From Rhizophagus irregularis (taxonomy: Eukaryota), in NCBI RefSeq assembly GCF_026210795.1, contig NC_089431.1:4092001-4156000 (forward strand): a DNA stretch of 64,000 bases, given 5' to 3'. Positions 40,316 through 53,799 of the stretch are shown here, piece by piece. Numbering within the stretch: position 1 is the stretch's first letter; the number at the start of each line of letters is the position of its first letter. The notes under the pieces are model-generated. The model was not told the DNA's origin, made no database searches, and was given only the letters and a program-made list of their open reading frames with translations. The translations under genes were made by a program, and so were the position numbers.

Positions 40316-41142
40316 TCATTCCGCGAATACACATGCTGCGAGTACTGATACTGCTTCTTCTTCTGAAATTCCTATTATTGCTGTGTTGATTGAAGATACG
40401 CCTGTCATATTAATCATAAAAAAAGATTTAATAGTCTTCAGAAATATATGATCTGTGATATCTAAAAGTTTTCACTCACCTTCAACTTGAGCTGCTACCC
40501 CCATCTCGTTTGCTATCATTTCTATAGTGACCACTAGAGTGAGAAACAAAAATAAAATATTATATATATATATATACCTATTTAACTATATCTAAAAGCA
40601 AATTTTTTTGGTAAAATTCAAAATTGTTGACGCACCTATTGGTTGTCCTCCAACTCTAACTACGAATATAACGAATCATAATTTAGTCTTAAATCACAGT
40701 ACATTTGAATTACATATTCTAAACATCATAGTAAAATAATTTTTTTACCTCCGTATCTAAGCGCATTCGCTATTTTGTCTGATAACCTATACACTGCATT
40801 CGAAGATAATTTATCCATACTTCTAAAAATGGCTTGCTCAATTTTTACTGGATCGAACGCTTTAAGAGCATCAGTGAGTCCTATGTCTTTAAACCGCCAA
40901 CCAGAGTTCCTTCCTGTCCTAAAAGTTTTCAAGGCATTTCCGTACAATTGTTTTAAGCCAGAAAATGTCTCAGCACCTACCACATACTGTGGAATCTGTA
41001 TTTCCATATAAGGGCCGATTACATCCCAATCTCTCTGATACATGAGAATGTCTTTAAAAATTTTCGGAATTGAATAAGATTCTGCTGTGGTTAAGAAACC
41101 CAGGGTTAATGTGAGAACTAGCATAAGGGTAAATACACGCAT
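40316..41142 (-). CDS. Small secreted protein, candidate effector, copy A (exons 41142-40749, 40659-40636, 40533-40480, 40401-40316)
   Basis: Signal-peptide-like MRVFTLMLVLTLTLGFLTTAES; three frame-preserving GT-AG introns conserved in copy B; ~185 aa. The 3' exons are inferred. Confidence 0.78.
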
Positions 41143-42364
41143 GACTGATGGTGTTCTAGATAACAAAATAGATAGTATTTCTGTCACAATTCGCAAATAA
41201 ACAGAGAGACTAAAGTAAAGAAGTTAACTTTGCATTTCAAAAATTTCAAAATTAGAGATTATTTTATACATATCCTCAAGAAATTAACCATGGGAATCTA
41301 TATCAAATTAAGTTCTAAGTATCATACTCAATAAAAAGTAAATGAGTTAGCGAAGGGCATCATACACATGCAACACACGCGCAAAAATTAAAGAAAAGAA
41401 AATAAAATGAAAAAAAAAAATTATATACAAAATGAGCTTTTCATTTCAATTTCTATTAAATTATCACAACCAATTCATGACAGCTGATCCGGTATGGAAG
41501 AATTTATTTAAAAAGAATTTATTTTAAAACAACCCTTTCTAAATATCCCGTACCGTATTGTAATGATAGGTCGATCATTGATCGATCAAGTATCCGAATA
41601 CGTCTTTTTCTGTTTCTTCGAATGGTAAAATTGTCAGGAGATCGATCAATTAAGGTAAATAACCGGTCAAGACATCTGTACCCAGAAAAGATCGATAGGA
41701 GAAAAATGAAACCGTATCGAGAAATTCATCCAGAAATTCGAACCTATGGATGTGTCCGCTTTCAATGAAGTTAATAAAACTTGTTCGTCAGGTTACCTGA
41801 TATTTCGCAAGAAAAAAATAAAAAAGCTGATCCTACGAAGTAAGTCAAAGAAGGCGTAAAATGGGCTTGGACGGATAAAGAAGTAGATGACGCCAATGAA
41901 TGGGGAGTCAAGCCGGAGCAATAACTATGGGACAAGTATAGAAGAGAGAGAAAAAGTTAGCTCAAGTAAGGGTAAGGATAGTAATAAGTAGGGTTAGCGG
42001 AATTTCTAGATAAATACGCAGTGTAATTAGTTAGTTATTTGTATGATGTTAGGCTAGGTTTAGATAGTTTCGTAGCAGTATAAAAGTAAAATCTTGGGAA
42101 AATTTTATCATAAACCTATTCCCGTTACGGCACGATTTCCCGACATTCATTATCCCGACGATAAGTATCCAAAAAGACAAAATCCCGACATGACATTTTC
42201 CTGAATTCAATTTATGAAAATATTAGCTTTGGTTTTGGGTATATAGTATTTAACAGTAATACATTATAAACCGCAATTTTAAAATTTTTTAAATTAGTTT
42301 TATTGATAATAAAATATTGTTAATAGCTGCTTTATTAATTGAATTTTAATTTTATTAAAGGTAT

Positions 42365-44380
42365 AAATTAAGCAGTCCCTTTTTTACTATGAGGTGCTTA
42401 ATTTTGGGTACTTTTAGATAAATTATTAAATTGTCTTCTATTAGCACGAATTGTCAATATAAAAATAATTTAATGATCGTCCAATGATTGTCTAACATTA
42501 CATGAATTAAATATGGACATCATCACGAAACTAATCTCATTTTTAAAACTCTAGTTCACACAAAATGCCGTCACAAAAACGTAAAAAGGCAAAAGCTGTT
42601 AAACTAAAAAAATGTTGTTAAATATAATAAAACTGTCAAATATAGTCGTAATTCATATACAATTGAGCAAAAGAGACAGGTCGTTACCTATGCTCTGAAA
42701 AATGGAAGAAATGAAGCGGCAAGGCACTTTGGTCTCGATAGTGGTATGGTTTGTCATTGGGTAGAAGCAAGTATGAGCTGGGTAACTGAACTGAATCAAA
42801 ACAGCAAGCGAGTTGGTTCTGGGTAAACTGCTTTTTACCTTAAAGCTGAAAAAAAACTATATGATTGGATTATTGAGCAAAGAAAGCAGGGATTAGGTGT
42901 TACCTATACAATTGCATGAGTTAAAATGATGGAAATTTTGAAAGAACCTGATATAATAAGCCTCTATAAAGATTTGGCAAAAGATTTTAAGACATCAAAT
43001 CGTTGGATGTTTGCATTTATGAGAAGATTTGAACTTTCTCAGCGACAACGTACTAAAATCTCACAAAAACTTCCTTTACAAACTAATGAATTATTAAGAA
43101 AATTTCATCAATTTATTATCCAGCTTAGAACAGAAAAATCCTTTGAGTTATCCAACATTTTCAATATGGATGAAACCCCTGTTTGGTTTGATATGGTGGG
43201 GAACTTTACTATTGATCAAACAGGGGAAAAGACAATCTATATCCGCGGAACTGGCAATGGAAAAAACTGATTCACAGTTGTTTTAACATGTGCCGCGTGT
43301 ATGATTTTATTATTTTTAATGATTTTTGTAAAGTTTATATTTAAAATTACCAATTTTTACTTTTTTTATTATAGATGGATCAAAGTTCCCACCAATTTAC
43401 ATCTTTAAAGGAAAGAAATTACCAAATAATGAATGTGATCTAATTCCGTCTAGTGTCATTGTTTGGTTTCAACAAAATAGATGGATGGATACCAATCTGA
43501 TGATAGAATACGTTAATTATATCAATAAGTTAAAAACTAGTAACAATGAATCAATGATGATGGTATATGATTCTTTTAGAGGGCATTTAGAAGAAACAGT
43601 TAAAAAAAAATTTTGTGAAAGTGGCATTGATTTAGCGATTATTCCGGGTGGTTTAACCAGTATTTGCCAACCTCTAGATTTTGCTATTAATAAACCATTT
43701 AAGAACAATCTCCGTAAAGAATGGCATCTTTGGATGGCAAATGGTGGTGCTGGTGAAACTGCTGCTAGAAATTTGCGATGTGCTAGGTTAAGTGATGTTT
43801 GTGGATGGGTAAAGAGATCATGGGAACAAATTTCAAATGAAATGATTATCCAATCCTTTAAAACATGTAAAATATCAAATTCTTTAGATGAAGATATTGA
43901 TGATTTTGATGAAATTATTCAAAACTCTGATAAAGAAAATGAAGAGGGGCTTGAAATAGAAATGTGCGATCTACAAGCTAGGTAATTTTAAATACCTAAT
44001 TCTAATTGTTCTTATCTATTATATTAACTGCAACTTTTTATTATATTTTACAGATATAAAGATATAACTTTAGAAGATGATCCTTCTTTTGAAATTGAAC
44101 TAAATCATGCTATGTATGGCAATAGCAAATTCATTAATTTTGATGAAAATCAGTGGCTTGGAATTTAAATAATAATGTGTAGCATCGAATTGTCTTTTAT
44201 TGTAAATTCAAAATTTTATTAATAAATTCATTGCAATTTAGTAGAATTTAATAAATATTAATCTAATTATACAAAATTTAATGATAAAAGTTAACATTAA
44301 ATTTATACTGCTTATTTTCGGGTACTATACAAAATGGGGGTGCTTATTTTTGGGTACTGCTTAATTTTGGAACAGTACGG
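42365..44380 (+). mobile_element. Decayed pogo-family (Tc1/mariner) transposon; Brinker-type DBD + CENP-B-type HTH + DDE_1 transposase pseudogene (~42565-44168)
   Basis: SYTIEQK..AARHF, FKTSNRW..FMRRF, NMDETP, YDSFRGH, QPLD..INKPFK; stops at 42824, 42917 and 43268; intact right TIR ...AATTTTGGAACAGTACGG/TA, truncated left TIR. Confidence 0.9.
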
Positions 44381-44750
44381 TAAGACAGATATTGCATAAA
44401 TAAAATTTTCTGATTTTTTTTTAAATGATACCAATAGATCATTATAGACCTTACAGAAATTTTTTTAAATTTTTTTTTCTAATAATAGGTATAATACATA
44501 TTGTATAAATAAAATTTTTCTTAACAAAATCTTTCAGAATTTTTTTTTTAAAATTTTTTTCTAATTGTAACAATAGATCGATATACATAAGACAGAACCA
44601 TATGTTTTGTCACAAGGTATTTGGAAAATATTAGAACTATTCAGATTTCCACAATATCTAAGATGGATTTTCCATGTGGATTTTATGTGAAAAAAATTTT
44701 CTGATGTTCTAAAAACATGCCAAGCTTCCCATGGAAATGATCTCTTGTTA

Positions 44751-46420
44751 AAGAAAAAAATCTTTATAAAATAAAATTCACCAATACTGCAATACATTTT
44801 TTATTATAAAAATTTACTAATAAAAAAAAAATATTTTACCAATAAAATTTTTTGTTAAAATTTTCAAAACTCTTCAGACAAAAAAAATCTTATTAAAACT
44901 TCTAATAAAATTTTTTATAAAAAAAAAATCTTTTATATTTAAAAAAAAAATTTTTTTTAACAAAATTCTTTACCAAAAGATTCTCTAATAAAAATTTTTA
45001 CATAAAAAAAATAAATATTTTGCTTATTTTAGCAAACTGTTTATACTTTAAGAAAATTAAAAAATACTATATAAATATTAAAATTAAAAATTGAATAAAA
45101 AAAATAAAATTAAAAAATCTAAATTAAAATGCTATAGTAAAATATATAAAAGGTTATATATGCAAATTTTTATTATAACATTTTATTTTATAATCTTAAA
45201 TTCTTTTAATTTCTTATTAAAGAAAAATCTTTATAAAAATAAAATTCACCAACACATTTTTTATTATAAAAATTTACTAATAAAAAAATATTTTACCAAT
45301 AGAATTTTTTGTGATAAAAATCTCATTAAAACTTTAATAAAATTTTTTATATGAAAAAAATCTTATATTAAAAAAAAAATTTTCCAATAAAATTCTTTAC
45401 CAAAAAATTTTTTTATAAAAGTTTATATATAAAAATAAATGCTTTGCCTATCTTAACAAACTATTTACATTTTAAAAAAAATTAAAAAAACTATATAAAT
45501 ATTAAAATTAAAAATTGGATAAAAAAAAAAATAAAATTAAAAAAGTCTAAAATTAAAGATCAAAAATAACTCTAGTAAAATATATAAAAGGTTATATATG
45601 CAAAATTTTATTATAATATTTCTATTTTCAAATTCTTTTAAAGAAAAAAATCTTTATAAATAAAATTCACCAACACATTTTTTATTATAAAACTTTACTA
45701 ATAAAAAAATATTTTACCAATAAAATTTTCTATAAAAAACTTTCAAAACTTTTCAAATAAAAAATCCCATTAATATTTCTAATAAAATTTTCCAACAAAA
45801 TTCTTTACCAAAAAATTCTCTAATAAAAGTTTCTATATAAAAAAAAATAAATGCTTTGTTTATCTTAGCAAACTAATTGCATTTTAAAAAAATTAAAAAA
45901 TAAGAAATATTAAAATTAAAATTGAATAAAAAAATAAATTACGAAATCTAAAATTAAAGATTAAAAATAAAATTAATAAAATATATATATAAAAGGTTAT
46001 ACAGTCAAACCTTGATATAGCGAATCCTTGATATAGTGAATTTTTCAGACAACTATAATAAATTTCCCCTCGCTATAATGAATTAACCAATTAAATCTCT
46101 TAAAATCTTCACTATAGTCTTATAGCGAAGTTGAGGTCTGGACCCTAGGGTTCGTTATAACAAGGGTTGACTGTATATGCAAAATTTTATTATAACATTT
46201 TATTTTATACCTCAAATTCTTTAATTTCTTATTAAAAGAAAAAAATCTTTATAAAATTTTTTTATTATAAAACTTTACTATTAAAAAAAATATTTTATCA
46301 ATAAATTTTCTGTTAAAAACTTTCAAAACAAAAAAAATCCCATTAAAACTTCTAATAAAATTTTTTATAAAAAAAAAAATCTTTTATTAAAAAAAAAAAT
46401 TTTTTCAACAAAATTCTTTA
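44751..46420. repeat. AT-rich tandem repeat, ~420-470-bp unit, about 3.5 copies
   Basis: Unit start aagaaaaaatctttataaaa at ~44751, 45220, 45641 and 46236. Confidence 0.75.
46002..46173. mobile_element. Tc1/mariner (pogo-type) MITE
   Basis: CAGTCAAACCTTG ... CAAGGGTTGACTG with TA TSD; sibling repeat units show the empty site ggttatatatgcaaa. Confidence 0.9.
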
Positions 46421-46985
46421 CCTACCTTAGCAAACTGTTTGTACTTTAGCATTAAATACTTTGCCTATCGGTAAACTGCTTGCACTTTAGTGTTAAATGC
46501 TTTGCCCACCTTAGTAAACTGTTCGCACTTTAATGTTAAATTCTTTGCCTTTTGGCAAATTGTTTGCACTTTATAGCATTAAATGCTTTGCCTACCTTAG
46601 AAAACTGTTCACACTTTAATATTAAATGCTTTGCCTATTGGCAAACTGTTTGCACTTTAGAATTAAATGCTTTGCCTACCTTAGCAAATTGTTTGCACTT
46701 TAACATTAAATGCTTTGCCTATTGGCAAACTGTTTGCACTTTATAACATTAAGTGCTTTACCCACCTTAGCAAACTGTTTGCACTTTAACATTAAATGCT
46801 TTGCCTATTGGCAAACTGTTTGCACTTTAGTGTTAAATGCTTTGCCCAACTTAGTAAACTGTTTGCACTTTAACATTAAATGCTTTGCCTATTGGCAAAC
46901 TGTTTGCACTTTAATGTTAAATCTTTGCCCATCTTAGCAAACTATTCACACTTTAATGTTAAATACTTTGCCTATTGGCAAACTT
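46420..46985. repeat. Tandem array of ~38-40-bp units (about 14 copies, two alternating variants)
   Basis: aaatgctttgcctattggcaaactgtttgcacttta alternates with aaatgctttgcctaccttagcaaactgtttgcacttta. Confidence 0.9.
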
Positions 46986-49007
46986 TGTGTAACATAATTT
47001 TAAAGTTAAACTGTTTGACGATATTGGCAAAAGAATTTGACTGTAAGGTCAAATAGTTTGACGATAACAGCAAATCATTTGAACTTCGCAGTTAATCTTG
47101 ACCGTCAAACAGTTTCAGTTAACTCTCAACGTCAAACTTCTGTCCAGCCTGGCATTCCATAGATTTTTATCATAGGTGATGATTTTTATCACGTACATGA
47201 TGATGACTCATCATGCTTTTGTCAAGCCATATAAAGTGAGATTTCTGATAATTGTAGATCTCTTCTATATGGAAATCTCAATGTGTAGTGGATTTTTCTG
47301 AATTAGGATAAAAGGCTCCTAGTTAAATAAGTAATTTATCAAAAAATTTTTGTACAAATCAACCTTATTTCGAAAAAATTTGATCGAGCATACATTTGGC
47401 GAATAAATCACAGATGAGGCGCAGCGATTACAACTATTATATTATTATATTAAAATATTCTGCGTAAAAAAAAGCTATTTTATTTATTTTATTATCTTTT
47501 TGATTAAATCAGGTTTAACTCTTTTTAAGAGGATGTAACTTTGTCGCTTTGAGTGACTTTATCGCAAATTTAATTGCACGGTATAACTGATATACTTCTC
47601 ATATACATAATCCATTTAATTTTTTTATTATTGGAAATACCTAATGTTTTTTATAAAATTTTAATATCAATAAAAGAAAGTACTAATAATGATCCTTTCT
47701 AAACCGAATTTTTTTTTATTATTTTTGAAATGAATTCAAAAAAATAATTATTTTTGATAATAAAAAATTGCGTATTATCTCTCCTTCCTCTTTCTTTAAT
47801 TTTATTAATAATTAAAAAAATGAAAAATTATGACAACTTTGATATTTGCTAAAGTTTACGAAAAAAAAATATTTCAAAATTTTTAGGATAAAAATTTTTT
47901 AAAAAATAATATGTTCTAAATACATTAATTTACAAAAATAAATTGGATTAAAAATTTCTAAATATCACATGATTAATAAAATTTTTTATTCATTTATTCA
48001 ATTTGTTAATAAATTTGCAATTATAGACTTTTAATTTCAATTATTATTAAAGTTTAAAATAGGGATTTCCTCAAAATAATCTAAAACGTCTCTCTATCAA
48101 TTTATTAGATTTAAAAATTATTCGATTTCGAAAGAATCTAAAGAATCTATGAATAAATTATTAATTAATATTTTACTCATTATCTTATTGCTTACTTACA
48201 TAATATATTGTTAATTTTGTTTAGTTGATTGTTTTAATATCTGATATCATTGTGTTAGATTTGTGAAACTTTTATTAAATTTACGTTGTACAGCGCATTA
48301 AATATCGAAATTTCTTTTGAAAATGAATTCTAGCCATTTTAAGTATTAAAATAATCAAATTTTTGATAAAATGATGTAAACATCCATGTTGGATTAGTTG
48401 CTGGAAACATTAGAATCTTCTCTTTGCCTACACTTGGATTAGGGACGCAATTTTAGTTTTATCAGTTGGATAGCTCAATCCCATAGAATACCACTTGATT
48501 GACACCCACTAACAATGCGTCTTTGTGGTCAAAAAAGAAAGACATAAAAAAAATGCAACTGTAATAAAATAAGAAAACCTTTTGAAGGTCATCAGATTCG
48601 TCATACGTGTTATAAATCAAAAACAGTTTTTAAATCAAGTGGTTTTTTTTTAGGGGATTTTTTTTTTTAATCGGAATTTATCAAAATTTTTAGTTAACCC
48701 AAAAAAATATAGTTTATTCTTTTTTTTTGGTTTGGATCAAGACTATAGAACTAGTATGTCCTACGGCTTTTTCGATGTTTTAGTGAGATTTTTTTTAGTC
48801 AATGAAATTTTTTTTTTAGTGAGAATTTTTTGAACTTTTTTTTGTTTATTGAGATTTCTTTTTCGATTTAGTGAGAACTTTTTTGTTTATGAGATTGATT
48901 TTTTCAATATTATTTCCGACTAATAAATTTGTGAAAATTTTTTAATGAGATTGTTTTTAATTATACAGATATTTTGTAATTAAATCTATAATAAATTTTT
49001 TGATAAA

Positions 49008-50149
49008 TCTATATAACTAAAAAAAACTATATAACTAAAAAAATTTGTCTGACGTTTGGATTAGTCTCTGCATAAATAATTTGAATTGTGTAACTTGAAA
49101 TCCCATGCCATATAATTAAAACCCGGGACATGCCTCTACCTGATCTATTTATCCGTGTACATTCCAATTTCAGTTAATGAAATTTTACCTTAATCGGAAT
49201 TTTTTTTTTTAAATTTTTCGTTTTTTTATTTTCACACTAAAAAAAATTTTTCTCCCTTTCTTCTTTCGGTTTAGTTTTTTTTTCAAACCGAAAAATTTGT
49301 TTTTGAAAAATACCAGAATTTTTTTCGGTACATTTTTTTTCAGTTTTCTTTTTTTTCGAAAATTTCCCTTTTTTTGAACTGATTTCTTTCTTTATCCTTT
49401 TTCTTTCCCCCAAATTTATTTTTAATTTTTTTTTTCCGTCTTTCAATTTTTTTTAAAAAAATCAATAACATGTAGAAAGATGATTAAGATTTTCAATTAA
49501 ATTGAACGCTGGATAAATAGTTTGATTTTCAAGTTTAATTAATTAAAGAAATTGTTGATTTGATAATAGCTAAATAATCACCAGATTTTTGAATAAAAAT
49601 TTTAATTCAAATAGTTTAATTAAATTAATAATTTATCGAATAAAATGAGTATCAAAAGAATAATAATAAAATGAAATGAACAGATCTCTAATACATTTAA
49701 TTGTTCAAATATTTTTCCTAAGTTGATTATAAGTTTAAAATTGACGTAATATAAAATAATAAGAATTAATTAATTAATTAATAAAATATTTGTAGTATTT
49801 TCATAATATTAAAATTTTTTCAAAAATACTTCTAAAAAATTAATCAATTTTTATTGATAATTATTTTTTCACAATTTCTAATTAATCCGAATTTCACTCT
49901 ACACTCAAACATAAAATCATCAATATAAATAGCTAAATTATTCTAAAAATACTAATTTATTATTTATATCATTCTAATATTATAAATATAATTTAATACA
50001 TATTTTTTGTTACCTAATTGTTACCATATTAAATTCATAATTATAAACAAAAAACTTCTTTAATTTACTTAGTATTTTACATTATAATACTAAATCTTTC
50101 TATTTAAAAAACACATTGGCCCCGGTGCGAAGCAACGGGTGACAACTAG
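49008..50149 (+). mobile_element. Non-autonomous Helitron, uninterrupted copy
   Basis: TCTATATAACT ... hairpin CCCGGTGCGAAGCAACGGG ... CTAG/T. Confidence 0.82.
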
Positions 50150-50707
50150 TATATATATATATATATATTAAAACCATAAAACAGGTCAGATTTATATATG
50201 TGAATCGGTGACATGCAAATAGAGCTCACGTAAAATAAATATGATGAAAAGCGTTTACCTTAAAAGAAACAATTATCTTAAAAAATTGCTTGCGGTAAAA
50301 AACATATTTCTTGTGTATAGTACAAACTAAATATATATATTAGTACTTAATACTTAAAAATTTAATGTGAAAAAATAATGATTGCACTTTATTAAATATT
50401 ACGGTAACAAAAGAAAAAGTACATATTCGCATTCAAAATAAAATAAAAATAAATAATAATTTATAATATAAAAAAATAAATAGTAGTGCAAAAGCCACAT
50501 TGTCGAATAAATATAAAGTAAAATAAACAACCGAAAAATTTAATATGCTAGTAAAAGTTATGCAATCTGAATAAAATTAGTACAAAGTAATTTCAGGCAA
50601 ATATTAAGTTGTTTGTAAAATTTGAACACATATTATTATGCCAATTGAAGTTAATATTATAGTAATGTGAAAAAAAAGAATAAATAATGATCGATAAAAA
50701 TTGATCG

Positions 50708-51534
50708 TCATTCCGCGATTACAAATGCTGCGAGTACTGATACTGCTTCTTCTTCTGAAATTCCTATTATTGCTGTGTCGATTGCAGATACGCCTGTCAT
50801 ATTAATCATAAAAAAAGATTTAATAGTCTTCAGAAATATATGATCTGTGATATCTAAAAGTTTTCACTCACCTTCAACTTGAGCTGTTACCCCCATCTCG
50901 TATGCTATCATTTCTATAGTAACCTCTAGAGTGAGAAGAAAAAATAAAAAATTATATATATATATATACCTATTTAACTATATCTAAAAGCAAATTTTTT
51001 TGGTAAAATTCAAAATTGATGACGCACCTACTGGTTTTCCTCCAACTCTAACTACGAATATAACGAATCATAATTTAGTCTTAAATCACAGTACATTTGA
51101 ATTACAAATTCTAAACATCATAGTAAAATAATATTTTTACCTCCGTATCTAAGCGCATTATCTATTTTGTCTGATAACCTATACACTGCATTCGTAGACA
51201 ATTTATCCAAATTTCTAAAAACGGCTTGCTCAATTTTTGCTATATCGAACGTTCTAAGAGCATCAGCGAGACCTATGTTTTTAAACCGCCAACCATAGCT
51301 CATTCCTGTCCTAAAAGTTTTCAAGGCATTTCCGTACAATTGTTTTAAGCCAGAAAATGTCTCAGCACCTTTCACATACTGTGGAATCTGTTTTTCCATA
51401 AAAGGGCCGATTTTATCCCATTGTCTCTGATACATGAGAACGTTTTTAAAAATTTTCGGAATTGCATAAGATTCTGCTGTGGTTAAGAAACCCAGGGTTA
51501 ATGTGAGAACTAGCATAAGGGTAAAGACACGCAT
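50708..51534 (-). CDS. Small secreted protein, candidate effector, copy B
   Basis: Same signal peptide and exon structure as 40316-41142; mature region diverged. Confidence 0.78.
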
Positions 51535-52525
51535 GACTGATGGTGTTCTAGATAACAAAATAGATAGTATTTCTGTCACAATTCGCAAATAAACAGAGGT
51601 ATTCAAAGAGTCTAAAGTAAGGAAGTTAACTTTGCATTTCAAAAATTTCAAAATTAGAGATTATTTTATACATATCCTCAAGAAATTAACCATGGGAATC
51701 TATATCAAATTAAGTTCTAAGTATCATACTCAATGAAAAGTAAATGAGTTAGCGAAGGGCATCATACACATGCAACACACGCGCAAAAATTAAAGAAAAG
51801 AAAATAAAATGAAAAAAAAAAATTATACACAAAATGAGCTTTTCTTTTCAATTTCTATTAAATTATCACAACCAATTCATGACAGCTGATCTGGCATGGA
51901 AGAATTTATTTAAAAAGAATTTATTTTAAAACAACCCTTTCTAAATATCCCGTACCGTATTGTAATGATAGGTCGATCATTGATCGATCAAGTATCCGAA
52001 TACGTCTTTTTCTGTTTCTTCGAATGGTAAAATTGTCAGGAGATCGATCAATTAAGGTAAATAACCGGTCAAAACATCTGTACCCAGAAAAGATCGATAG
52101 GAGAAAAATGAAACCGTATCGAGAAATTCATCCAGAAATTCGAACCTATTGATGTGTCCGCTTTCAATGAAGTTAATAAAACTTGTTCGTCAGGTTACCT
52201 GATATTTCGCAAGAAAAAAATAAAAAAGCTGATCCTACGAAGTAAGTCAAAGAAAGCGTAAAATGGGCTTGGACGGATAAAGAAGTAGATGACGCCAATG
52301 AATGGGGAGTCAAGCCGGAGCAATAACTATGGGACAAGTATAGAAGAGAGAGAAAAAGTTAGCTCAAGTAAGGGTAAGGATAGTGATAAGTAGGGTTAGC
52401 GGAATTTCTAGATAAATACGCAGTGTAATTAGTTAGTTATTTGTATGATGTTAGGTTAAGTTTAGATAGTTTCGTAGCAGTATAAAAGTTAAAATCTTGG
52501 GAAAATTTTATCATAAACCTATTCC

Positions 52526-53187
52526 GGTTACGGCCCGATTTCCCGACATTCATTATCCCGACGATAAATATCCAAAAAGACAAAATCCCGACATGACATT
52601 TTCCTGAATTCAATTTATGAAAATGTTAGCTTTGGTTGGGTATATAGTATTTAACAATAATACATTATAAACCGCAAATTTAAAAATTTTTTAAATTAGT
52701 TTTATTGATAATAAAATATTGTTAATAGCTGCTTTATTAATTGAATTTTAATTTTATTAAAGGTATAAACTAATAAAAATAAAAATAAATTACATAATTT
52801 TAGTTTAATATGTTTAATATGTGAAATCGTAATTGTGTTTAAAAAAAAAACAATTGTTTCAATTAAGATAAAATACGTGATAAAATTGACTTTAATAAAA
52901 AAATTAAGAAAGTATTACGCAAAAAGTAAATTAAATAAATATAATAAAATAAAATAAAAATTCATTTTTATTTTTATTTTTTTTTTTTGCAGTTAAATCA
53001 AGTATTTTTGTGAATCATTTTTCGTAATTTGATTTCGGGAAAATGTCATGATTTTGTCTTCGGGATATTTATCGTCGGGATAATGTCATGTCGGGAAAAT
53101 ATATTATTCGGGAAAATGTCCATTCGGGATTTGTCTGAAAAAGTTACGTCGCAAGGAAAATGAATGTCGGGAAATCGTTCCGTAATT
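52526..53187. mobile_element. Non-autonomous TIR element with CCCGA subterminal repeats (left half duplicated at 42123-42367)
   Basis: ttacggcccgatttcccgacattcatt at the left is an inverted copy of aatgaatgtcgggaaatcgttccgtaa at the right. Confidence 0.8.
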
Positions 53188-53799
53188 CTTTTCGGTCTTT
53201 TCGGTTATTGCTTTTTCCTTTTCGGACCTCTAATTAACGATCCAGTATGGAACTAATGGAAGAAAGTATATTTTAAAATTAAAAACCAGTATGGTATATT
53301 TTAAAAAGAATTTATTTAAAAATTCTTATTTTAAAAGTAAAAAAGAGTTTTCAAAAATCATTCTTTTTTACTCTAAAAATCTAAAAATCACAAGTTTCAC
53401 AAAATCTTTTGTTTCATATTTCACATGTTCACATATTTTAAAATGAAGATAGAGAAAAAGTATATCCGATAATGAAAAGGACTCGCCTTTTTTCGAAAAT
53501 GCATGAACATATTCAAACATGCTCCTGCCAAGAGTTTTTTTTTTGCATGAAATTTAATAAGAGAGTTTTCAAAACTCATTCTTTCTTAAGCTAAACTGTA
53601 AATCATTTTTCATATTTCACATGTTCTTTGAAACGATGATAGTGGAAGGTGAAAAGTATTCATTATTTTAAATTATTAAGAAAGAATTTTACGAAGTTGA
53701 TCGATTTTTAATGATCGGTCTTAAAAAAAAATATATAAATAAATGTATAATTGTAAGCCCATATTTTTATAACCTAATAAACCCAATAATAACATAAAG

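Larger units (their letters stand above)
27760..42367 (+). repeat. Segmental duplication block A (paralogue of ~47240-52770)
   Basis: Colinear near-identical segments: 27817~47322, 29225~48416, 30713~48643, 33878~49198, 40067~50460, ending 42367~52769. Confidence 0.9.
47240..52770 (+). repeat. Segmental duplication block B (lacks the retroposon and the 4.9-kb Helitron)
   Basis: Colinear with block A; also lacks the segment ~29450-30712. Confidence 0.9.

Noticed and set aside
40578..40591. Possible 14-nt stop-containing micro-exon in the secreted-protein gene
   Set aside because: It would need two ~44-nt introns, shorter than the others here; treated as intronic without transcript data.
46420..46985. 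Regular repeat array resembling a CRISPR, with ORFs 46552-46937
   Set aside because: Units abut with no unique spacers, there are no cas genes and the context is eukaryotic; the ORFs are translations of the repeat.
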